A stretch of DNA of 64,000 nucleotides from contig NIVC01003902.1 of assembly GCA_002269645.1 (NCBI GenBank), forward strand, positions 6,560 to 70,559, written 5' to 3'. The notes beneath the pieces were generated by a model. That model did not search any database. It was not told the DNA's origin and was given only the letters and a program-made list of their open reading frames with translations. The stretch's first letter is position 1, and each line of letters opens with the position of its first letter. Made by a program: the position numbers and the translations under genes. Positions 13,430-26,329 of this stretch are shown piece by piece. Origin of the DNA: Macrostomum lignano. Its lineage: Eukaryota.

Positions 13430-13612
13430 CAATTAAGCCACATCCTGGTATCCGAATCCCCAAAGTCAGTCAAGCTGCATCCTGGTCTGAGAATACCCAA
13501 AGTCAGTCAAGCCACATCCTGGTCTCCAACTGCCCATAGTCAATCAAGCCACATCCTGGTCTCCGAACGCCCAAATTCCATCAAGCTACATCCTGGTCTC
13601 CAACTGCCCACG
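13430..13612. repeat. About 40-bp imperfect tandem repeat x about 5 overlapping the stop codon of SLC23 paralogue B
   Basis: Recurrent CAAGCCACATCCTGGTCTCC core. The paralogue B stop (13586-13588) lies inside one unit. Confidence 0.8.
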
Positions 13613-16600
13613 GTCCGCATTCGCCGGTCTCTCTGACAGCCGCCCAAGGAACAGCGGCAGGCGGTGCAGGATCGGCAGGTGGCGGCTGTAGAATCTGTGG
13701 AAGGCGGTCGATTCGTAGCAGTCCACCTGCCAGCGAAGCTCTGCCTCAGTTTGGCTTAATTTGGTGGCTCCCGTAGTGTCAGCGGCTTGCGATTGGACTT
13801 CTAAGCCTCGCTCTTTGCGAGTGCCTGGATTTAGAAAGTTTGATTGCTTTTACTATTGTTGTAATAGCAATTTTTAACCTTAAAATTGCAATGCGATGTT
13901 CACAATAGCACTAACGTTAGCGAACTGTACAATAGACTAGCTCGTATATGCGAAAAATGCTTTAGAAGGCATCCAGCGCACACCTGGCAGCAGGAGGTCC
14001 AGTAGTGCAGCTGTGCCAGTCCCAACTAACATCTCATTACAGAGCAGATCCTGAATTGTTGCGACTGCGGTTGATTCGTCTGCAAAACAGGTTTGGTTCC
14101 AGAATCATAACGTTAGTACACCTTAAAACAAATTGCTTCAAATCGAAACAAGATCGAACGGAATCTTCTCCAAAGAACCTCAAAGATCAATAGGAACGAA
14201 TAGTAAGTGGGACGGAGTCCTCCTAAGCACTGTTTACTTGCATAAGTCAGTTAAAATTGACTTCAAGCTTCATTTTCGAGGTATTGTTGCATGTAGTTAA
14301 GCTCAGATTCTGGGCCATATGAGCCTTGGCCATGGCCCCAAAAGGCAGAGTAAACTACACAAACCGTGTTTGGAACTCAGCTTGATCACAGTATTGATTA
14401 CGCTTTCGACCACCGCTACAAGTAGTCCACCGCAATCGCGCTGGGTTGGAGAAGCAACGAGCATACCTTGTCTGTTCTGTCGGCTTGCTTTGATCTGCAG
14501 CGGCACAACCACGCCAAGGAAGACACTGAAGCCGAACACGAACGCGTTCCTCGGTCGGTCCATCCGGACGCTACTGAGGCTGCCCGCTGCGACGCCGCAG
14601 ATGATGCCGATGGTTGCCAGCAACACGCCGCCGATGATCGGGTCCGGGACGCATACGAACAGCGCACTGAGCTTCGGGAACAAACCGAAGACAACCATAA
14701 TCGCTGAGGTCGCGTGCATGACTCTCCGGCTCGCCACCTTCGTTATGCTGATGGCGGCGATGTTGTTGCTGTAGGAGGTCGGGCCCACCGGCAAGCCGAA
14801 GAGACCGCTTAAGAAGCAACCAAAGCCCTCGGCAGCAATTCCTGAGACGGGATGTATAGTTTTGTAAAGAGCTGTTGAAATCATACGTGCTACTTAAAGT
14901 AGTACTCAAAGTCAATCTACGAGTAAATCTGCAGCCTTTTTTGAAATGATTCATGCGCAAGCAGTGACTCAGAACCCTAAGTAGAACCAACGTTTTTTTA
15001 TCACGGAACTGGGTGTAGCAGCTATTTGCTTAACTCCATCTGTGGTAATGCCACCCGAAAACCTAACAAACATTCATGATCCCTTAATCAACTGCGTATG
15101 ACCTAAGTAAATATCCGATCTTAAACCGAATTTTCCAAAAACTCAACTATAAATATAAGTGAAAATCCGAGTCAAAAATCCAGACACTGCTCTCAAAAGA
15201 CTTTGAAGAATAAGAAAAGAAGACCTATTTCTGGGGGACGAAACTCTGTTCAATTGGTAAGCGCTTAACAGATTTAATTCCTTGTAGCCACAGTGTTAAT
15301 AAGTTGATTAATTAAGTTTACGAGAGCCGTCTACACATTTGAGAAAGGCCTTCTTGTTTCCTAGGATACATTCCTAGAGGGTTTATTGATTGATTTGAGT
15401 TATCCGTTACGCTTCGGACGTAACGAAGAAGATGCCCTTCAGGAGGACCTGCGAGTATTACAGATACTGGAGACTCGGAGAATTCAATTTTCATGAGGGC
15501 GCACGTTCTATTGTTAATTCCGAGCTCGAGGACACAGTCAAGACTTCTGATTCGCTCTCGCTTTTGGTTGACTTCCAGATAAAGTCATGCACATCCTAAG
15601 ACAAGTCCTAACCAATCTACTGCCCACAAGGCCAGCTATAGCTCCCCTAAACCCCTCGAGCCCAGGGCGACCAAGCCAGACGTCTGCAAATCACCGGAAG
15701 AGCACGCTCCAGTAAGAGTTATCTGATTTTGCATATGCCTGGGCACTTGTTCCCCAGTGTCTAGAAGTGAGCGTTTTTGAGTCACTGATCACAAGTCCTA
15801 AACTCTTCAGTTTCTCTGTTAAAATTGCAGTCAGCGTTCTGCCTCAGTCCCTTTGAAGCATGCTTCTTTATTAATCTTTGTCAATCTAATAATTAAAGTT
15901 CCAGTTATGAGTCAAAGTATAGTTTTCAGTTTCTTTCAAGCTATTGTGTCTAACGATTGAGGTTGCTACTTACCCTAGATACTACTGAATCTAGAAACAA
16001 ATCTAGCTACGCACCGCGATTCATCGGGAAGCCGACAGGCCTGGAAGAGCCGCAGAACTTGGCGCAGGTCACGTAGTCACCGATGCTCTCCATGATGGAC
16101 ACGAGGATGGCGCAACCGACCGCCACCACGCCCGGCCCGTTCACCGACAGGCTGCCGAACTGCAGCGGGTGCGGCACGCGGAACCAGCCGGCGTTGAGCA
16201 CGGCGGAAGACTTGATGTCGGTGCGAGCGCCGTAGCCCCAGGCCTCCGGGCTGCTTGGCAGGACATTTGTCACGGTGAGCAGGTGGCACAGCGCGTACAT
16301 GATGGCCATGGATAGTAGAATCTGTTGCATTCGGTGTGATAATTTTGCAAGTAGCCACCTTATAACGTTGCGAAATTCAATACGATCCATCGCCAGTTAG
16401 AATATCCCACAAAGCGTTTATTGTTATTTGCAGACTGGCAAAGAAACTAAAACAGCGATTGTTTACTCAAACATATAGTGTCAGCTTAACACGGGAAGCC
16501 GGTTCTTTGCTCCGGTGATGTCAAAATCTTGATTACTCTTTGTTGTTTCCTTCCCATTTCCCATGCACAGTCTATCCAATGCAAAAGATCAAGCATGGAC

Positions 16601-18033
16601 GAAGTTACTGAGTTGGCAGCGGTAGCAATTTAAGTAGCAACTCACCGGCAACGATGAGAAGATGAAGCACCTAGAAACCTTGACCTTTCGGTGCTGAATC
16701 AAAACGTAGGGAATCGGCACTGAGACCCGGTCTAGCACGTAAGTGAATGCGATTATTAGCGCACAGCAGCTGAAATTAGATCACCTCTTCGATGCAATTG
16801 ATGGGTGGAAACTTAAAAAGTAGGCTCCACTGTTAAGCAATATTGCTAATTCTGTGCCAATAACAGTCATACAGCATTTCTTCTGTCCTCTTAACATCAT
16901 CTCAAATATGACTTCACTAAGAGTAGAATGCATCATCATAAGTTACTCGATGAAACTTCCCTCTGCTATTCCAGCCAAGGTACATATAAATATAGTTCAA
17001 CGGGTGAAAGCTGTACTTGTGCTACGAGGGACTCTAACTGCTAATTAGGACTATCAGGATGACTGCAACTCACGCCAACGCCTAGTAGAACTGCGGCGCA
17101 CACAGTTTCAAAATGGCGCCCATCACCCCAAAACCAATTAGAAAGATGGTTGGCGCCACGACTAGAGGAATGACGAATCGCAGCAGGTGACTCATCACTC
17201 CGGTGCTGCCGATGAAAATCTGAATGATGGAGCCAGCTGCGATGGTTCCGGCCACTTGTCCGACTCGTCTGTGCCAGATCCTCTCGACCGGCTGCGAGAA
17301 AACCGACGTACCGTTGTGTAGCAGTGTCGCATTGTCTGCAGCAGCGGTGAGTAAAGCATTTCACAATTACAAACTGGATATAAGTGGAGAACCAGATTTT
17401 ATCGACACTAAAAATGTTGCCAAAGACATTTCTCCGGGTTCTTAAAATGGACCGATACTGTTTTGACGCAGGAAACTGCTATTATACCTTTGACCTGTAG
17501 GTCCGGGCACTCAAGACTGTCTCCAGCCATGATGCCGATTGCCACAGGGTAGAACACGATGCTCGGGCCCTGAGCGATGGGCAGTCTGGTGCCCAGGGTG
17601 CACTGCACAAACGTTGTGATGCCCATGACGAAGAAGCTGGAGGCGATGAGGTTCGATTTGTCCACCTCGTCCTGTACACAGGCGGCGTCGAACAGGATGA
17701 TGACGCCGAATGCGCAGCCGCTGCTCATGATGACGAAGTGCTGGAAGCCCATGAGCAGCGTCAGGTACCAACTGGGCTTGTCGTTCAGTCCGTAGGTCAA
17801 GTGCAAGGCTTAAATTGCATCCGGTTGGGCAGATGGCTAGTTAATAGTTTTGAGATGTAAATAGCTAACGCACTCACTCACAGACACTCACTCGCAGACA
17901 CTCACTGGCTGGCAGACACTCACTCGCAGACACCCACTCGCAAACACTCACTGGCTGGCAGACACTCACAAACACCCCGCAGCTGCTCTCACTCACCTTC
18001 GAACTCAGTCTCAACCGGCGGTTCGGATTTCAT
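13586..18033 (-). pseudogene. SLC23: SLC23/NCS2 paralogue B, 8 exons, intact except for one in-frame TAG at codon 204
   Basis: Exons 18033-17997, 17808-17488, 17335-17074, 16769-16646, 16321-16015, 14841-14467, 14079-13984, 13824-13586. All phases match paralogue A. Exon 3 reads ...CAPQFY-TAG-AL, with the stop at 17082-17084. Confidence 0.8.
17868..17996. repeat. CACTCAC-rich degenerate repeat filling intron 1 of SLC23 paralogue B
   Basis: Repeated CACTCACTCGCAGA / CACTCACTGGCTGGCAGA units (GTGAGTG on the sense strand). Confidence 0.75.
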
Positions 18034-18999
18034 ATTCTTTTGACCGGCTCCAAATTCGATTTCACGGCAGCTGTTTTTACTTTCTAGCTGTGATGCCCTT
18101 AAGGCTTAATTTCTTCTTTGACTTTGCTGGCCTTCTCTACACTGCACAGGTTTAAACCTTGTATGCCTTTCGTCAATCAACTAAAATGTTCAACTGTCTC
18201 AACTGCATAGTTTTATAGGCAGCTGCCGGTTCTGAAAGGTCCTGAAACCTGCGACGAATTTGAAAGTCAAATTAGACCAAAGTCTATGAGTTCACTCACT
18301 TGTTTGTTTACACTTCATACTCTCTGTGTTTTGTTTCTAACCACTACGTGGAGAATTACATGCAGAATTCGCGTCTCAAAAGAACTTATTAAATGGTGTC
18401 TCATCGAAGTCAAAGTTTTAAGTAGATTTACTTTTGTGAATTTGTTTCACACGTACGAGCGCTAACAGCAACCTAACTTGACATTTTATCTGCAAGCCTC
18501 GAAGTAAACAAGCAAGCCTCAGTGCTCCCCCAGTTAGTTTTTTGTATTGAAGACAGCTCCACAGAACCTCGTGCTAGCCCAAACCTGCTACAAGCACACA
18601 GCTATTCGCTGATTACTTCTACAAAGAATCAGATAGAAGATCGAAATGGGGGACCGATCACCGATACTTTCGATTTTCCGCCTAACTCTAAAGTCTAAAG
18701 TCTTATTCAAAAGAAACAAGCAGGACTTCAATTCAAACAGCTTATAAGAAATCTCAGCGCTTGCGAAAATTCAATTCAAACGAAGTCTCATTCCCAGGGA
18801 AATCCGTCATTTTTTAGAATATTTTTTGCATATGTCTATGGCCAAGCCGAATTTATGAATTTTAGCAAACAAATTCAATTGGTGCTGGATAACAGGATAA
18901 GTTAGAAAAGTGGAAAAAACCCTGAAGAACAATAACTTGTCCCTTAATTGAGAAACTCATAGCAGCTTGTTGTTCAGAACATTGCCCATTATTTGTAAC

Positions 19000-21600
19000 A
19001 GATGTTGAAGGTTCAGCCACTGAACTCTCCACTGAAGCCACCAGACGATTTAATTCCACGGCCGGAGTACGAAGGCAGAGAGACGCGAACTTGGGAGAAC
19101 GAGGCACGCAGACGAGCAAAAAGAGCCCAAGGCCCAAAGGAAGCAAGACAAGGCGGGGAAGAGGGCAAGCGCACAAAGATAGCGGGAAAAAACGTTAAAC
19201 GGAGGCAAAGCGCTGGCTGACGCGCTGCACGGTCATCTGGAGGTCCGCCACCGGCAGCTAGACATACCGGTGGACCGCTTCGCTTTGCCACCGGAAGGAA
19301 GTCGCTCCTCCGCGCCGCAACGAGTGCCCCGAAAGCGAGCGTGGCAGCAGGAGCAGCCGGCAGAAGAAATTGCGAGTAAGCGGCAGCAACTCATGACCTT
19401 TGCGAAATGCGAACAGATGACAACTCGAGGCGCGGGGCTGTTGAGCTGCAAATGGCGCAGAAGAGCTTCAAACGGACATAGATCGAGGCGAGCCCCAGAC
19501 GAAGGCTTCAGGCGTGGAATCCAAACGCGGTGGACTCTAGAGCAAATTGATTAGTCTTACTCTGCCGGATGAGAACCCAGAAACCGTCGCGCTGCAGACT
19601 GACGTCGCTTGTCAGCACCGCTGAATCCCTCGGCGTGCCCGCCCCACGCAGAGATTGAGCACAGAGGTTGGCGCAACGAAGCATGCCGTAAAAACCCACT
19701 AGCAAGCAACACCACATCGAGGCTCCTACCGGAGAGCCTACCTCCGTACGCGGCCGCAGCCGTAGCAATGCCTTGGGGCTCAGACCGGCCTTCGGCCTCG
19801 GCACCGAGCCGATATCGCGCTGAACTCCCCACAGTGTCGCCTGGACCAGCGAGCTCTGGGCGGAGACTGGCACACCGTGGAACTGCTTCCAAGCAGTTAA
19901 GCATACGCTTAACTGCTTGAGAAAGACGATGAAAAACTTCAACGCTAGCTGAGAGGCCAAAGCCAAGCACGGTGTCGATAATGTAGGTCGGCTTGGTGTC
20001 GCCACTGAAGGTCCACTTGATGCCGGTGGCGCCGAAGCAGCGGGTCGAGATAAGGCAAGACTGATAGGCATCCATCAGATCGACTTTTGCCATGTACCAG
20101 CCAGGACGCAGCATCCGAGTGAGCTCCGAGACGGTCGAGAACTTCAGTTTCTGCTTAGCCGTACGATAGGAGTTAATGGAATGACATTCCGGGACGCTAG
20201 CGTCGTGGATGATGCGCAGGCCCCCAGATGACTTAGGAACAGTACCCAGAGGACTGACAATAGTTGGCTTGAATGAAGTAGTCACATAGCGACCGTTTGA
20301 AATCTCTTTCTTGATCGCTGCTTCGATCAATTCGCGATTCTCAAGGCAGTGGTCGACTGATAGTTGGAGATCTCAGAAGGAGTAAAATCGAAAGTGTCAG
20401 TGACGTCAAATCCATTAGCAATTCCGTTAATTTGTTTCAGAGCTGGCGTCGATCAGCCGCACCGTGAAGAGGCTGCTTAGACGCGGCTTTCTTATTCTGA
20501 GATTCCACCTCTCCTGGGGCGAGAATATACTTAGCGAGCAGCTGGACCGACTCGGTACCCCGGTGAAATCCGTACTGGTGCTGGTTGATGCGGTAAGCCT
20601 CATCAAATCTCATCAATTTGGTGGTCGCGAAGCCCGCCTCGGCCAGCTCTGCGAGCTGGATGTTGAAGGCCAGGTATTGCCGCAGCTGCGTGACATCAAT
20701 GGAGCCATCCGGCCTCACAGAGAGCAGCTTTCCCCGTGAGAGCATATGGTCTAGGATCCTGGCATTACCGATGACCCACTGAGGAAAGGTGAGGGTGTCG
20801 GTGCTAGCTGCTTTACTTGCTTTGAAAACGATGGCGCTACCTTTGTCCTTCGCAATTGTACTTTCGTTAGGCAGGTGAGGCTGTAGAAAGTTCGCCACCA
20901 GCAAAGGGCCAGACTCCGTAGTCGGTGTTGAAGCTGTGTGGTTGCTATCCCCGCCCTCCAAAATTGAGCGGATAAGTTCAAACATACTCTGATCCGGCTG
21001 AAGCGGCTGGAGTGAAACCTTGGGCGGCTTGGTTGTCCATGCCGAGTTCCGTTCGGAGTTGCCGCTCCTCCCGCTGCAGCTTGAGAAGTTGGATCCGTCT
21101 TTCGGCCTCTAGGATCTCGCGCTCGACGTCAGGCCCGGTCACAGCGGCTGGACCGGACTCCGGCTCCTCCCTCGGTCTGGGCGGCTGTCTTAGACCGGCA
21201 GGTTGCTCGGCGTCGCGAAGTTCCAGAATGCGGGTAGCCATGTTTTTCTTTGAGCCACGTTTAGCGGCAGAGCGGGTCATACCAAGGTCGATTAAAATTT
21301 CAATTAGACAATCGCGTGAGAAGCCCTCCAGTTCATTGGCTGAGAGGTGCTTGTAGTCGCGACGCTCCATAAGATAAAAAATTGATGTCTACGACGTAGA
21401 AAAATCAACTCGCGCAAACAGAGCGCAAAGGAGCGGTACCCGACCGGTCATTAACAATCGTAAACGTCACCCCGTAAAGGGGCACGTTTACGGGCAAGAT
21501 GATGTTGCAACAGACGACGTAGTCCAGCCATTGGTGGCAAGCACTCTGCCAAAAGACGTCAATGACCTCGGAAACCATGCTGTTTACTAACTGCAAATAA
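19000..21600 (-). mobile_element. Internally deleted DIRS/Ngaro-type tyrosine-recombinase retrotransposon (gag - partial RT - YR); ends approximate
   Basis: Gag-like ORFs 21370-20978 and 20985-20437. RT N-terminal half VSPLGTVPKSSGGLRIIHDAS...MAKVDLMDAY...LGFGLSAS, truncated before YxDD. YR motifs GFYGMLR, IRQSKTNQF, LCPFEAL, SGHSLRRGGAT (about 19300-19330) and RWQSEAVHRY (about 19262-19290), with frameshifts. Confidence 0.85.
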
Positions 21601-22079
21601 AGTGTTTACTGCTGATTTTTAGAGTTCTCAACATATCTAATAAGAGGAAGTTCCACAATTGCTGTTTAAAATTGCCCCTTTTTGAGACACCCGTTGTATC
21701 TGCGCAGCAACTAGACGAAAAATCCACTCGTTCAAAAGACTGTCCTGATAAAAATGCGTAGTCTAGCAAGTATGGTTCGAATCAGGCGGAAATAACGGCA
21801 GAAAACATAGATACTCGTATAAAAATTTACCGGGACATTATTTGCGTTCTTCGAGATTTTATTTGGTAATATCATGGATCTTAAGTTCCCTAGATAAGCC
21901 ACTCAGCGACCACAAGCTTGCCCATAGAGCCTTCGTCTTTCTTGAAAATTTTTGCGACCACAGTATCAGGTCAGTAGCTTGTGGGCATATCAATGGATTT
22001 TTAAGGCATATTTAGCTACTTTCAGTATAATGCTTGCAAATGATGTGTATTTCACTTGAATCAGCGAATGAAAAATTGT

Positions 22080-22310
22080 TATTCAATCTGTGCTGCCGTC
22101 CGTTGTTCATTCCGTACGCAGAAGGTGCAAAGTGGAGACTGTACATGTATATCTTCGCGTTGTGTTTCCTGACATTCTGGAGATCGACTTCGGGGTCGCT
22201 TAACGCGTCAATCCACTTCTGGGCAGCGGATTCATTGTTAGGAAATTTGTGCAGCGAGATTTTGACTCCATCACAATTTGTGTGCTGAAGCCCCGAACAC
22301 AACAGCTCCT
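22080..22310 (-). pseudogene. Frameshifted THAP zinc-finger relic
   Basis: SCCVRGFS in one frame (22290-22307) continues after a 1-nt shift as NCDGVKISLHKFP...QKW...YSLHF. This is a THAP C2CH layout with ligands apparently mutated (C>F, C>Y). Confidence 0.65.
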
Positions 22311-22539
22311 CAAATTCAGGACTCTTTCGCCCATTTGTTTGATAGCAAAGCGCAAAGACGCGAGGACCGGTGAACTTTGTGTCTGTTTGCGAATATTTTA
22401 GCAACCAAGGCAAAAATATATGTCTATGTCCCTTTAGGCTACTGACCTCACAATTTGCGTGGTCGTTCTTTTCCTATTGAATGCTTTGAGAGTGGCCTAT
22501 CTAGGGAATATAAGATCTATGGTAATATTGAGTAATGTC

Positions 22540-22835
22540 CATGGATAAATAATATAACTGGATCGCCAGAAGCTCGATTTTTTTGGTCCTAGCCATAGAC
22601 AAGCACCAGCATCACAAGAAGCTCAGAATGCCGTACTTTCACACACAGACAAATAGCCGCTGCAGAAGCTGCAAACCTTTATTTATAAGTATTCTATTTT
22701 ATGTCCAAGCACATGCTCGCAATATATGCAGGGTGAAAGTACGGCATTCTGAGCTTCTTGTGATGCTGGTGCTTGTCTATGGCTAGGACCAAAAAAATCG
22801 AGCTTCTGGCGATCCAGTTATATTATTCATCCATG
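22540..22835. mobile_element. P-element-like MITE, 296 bp, 103-bp TIRs, 8-bp TSD GTAATGTC
   Basis: TIRs 22540-22642 and 22733-22835 (one mismatch seen), starting CATGGAT(A/G)AATAATATAAC. Identical GTAATGTC at 22532-22539 and 22836-22843. Confidence 0.88.
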
Positions 22836-23894
22836 GTAATGTCCCGTAACATCGTCATCTTTATGTCTATGTTTTATATGAGATTAAGCATGTCTCTTCT
22901 ACAAACCATTGAAATCACGAGGGCCTTCGAAGGATTTGTCTGAAAATAGCTCCATCAAAAGGCATGCTTAATCTTCTACGTGTAGCTTCCTTTTGCAAGT
23001 AGCAGGGGGCGTTGACTACAGTGTATATGGAATGGTCCACAGATGACAAACGCGGAAATATTATGTCGAACAGTCGGAATGTTAGAAGCAGATTGTACTC
23101 TTCGAACAGTTGCCAACCACTTCGGGAGGTCGCTAAGTACACTTGTTTGGTGCAGACTCGTCGGCTCCCATTAGTTAACAACCAACTGCACCTGTAGATA
23201 TCGCAGCTCAGGTGTTTTGAGTACATACAAAAAATGAAAACAGAAACCTCAGACTGTTTTAAGATGGCTCAAACGGCTTTAAAAAATCATTGTACGAGTC
23301 TCTGTGTGGCGTTACGGCTTTCTTTTATATAATCTGATCAATTTCTCGGGCACTCGGGCAGTAGAGATTGCGTCCGCTGGTCATGGATATTTGGAGCCAG
23401 CTGATTTGACGAATGAAAAGTGGTAAAAAAAAATCTTTCTCAACTGCTAACGAGTTTTAAAAACCAATTTTTGCTTAAATAAGGCAACTTTTACACTTGA
23501 GAGCTTTGCTAATCTAAAAAAACTACGATTGAAAGTTAGCATTTCAGGACAACATAACACAAACAGTTTTACTGCTGGACAGCAGAAAATTCGGAGTTTC
23601 TTGCAAAGAATATCATAATTAGGGAAAATTGCAGTCTGATTTAGCTTTGTTAATAATCACTCGAATTTAAGTACACGAGAAGGGAGGTTTGCAAATTTTC
23701 TAGGAAAAACTCAACGACAAGACTACATAAGCGAGGCGCAGATAAGATCGAGAATGACTTTATGTTGAAAAATAGATTAAAAATCTGCAAGTTCTGAAAA
23801 AAAGTTTGTCATTTTCGAATGTTTTTCGAGTATCATAGATCGAATATGGACAGCAGGTGTGTGGAAATCAGCAGTTTTCTTTCCACTTTCTTCT

Positions 23895-26329
<2,435 letters not shown>

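Noticed and set aside
14303-14450. Read-through extension of SLC23-B exon 6 as an alternative C-terminus
   Set aside because: A canonical donor at 14466 and proper homologous exons 7 and 8 exist downstream.
15400-15510. DALQEDLRVLQ-like peptide reminiscent of a LINE reverse-transcriptase C-terminal segment
   Set aside because: Too short and degenerate to support without a profile search.
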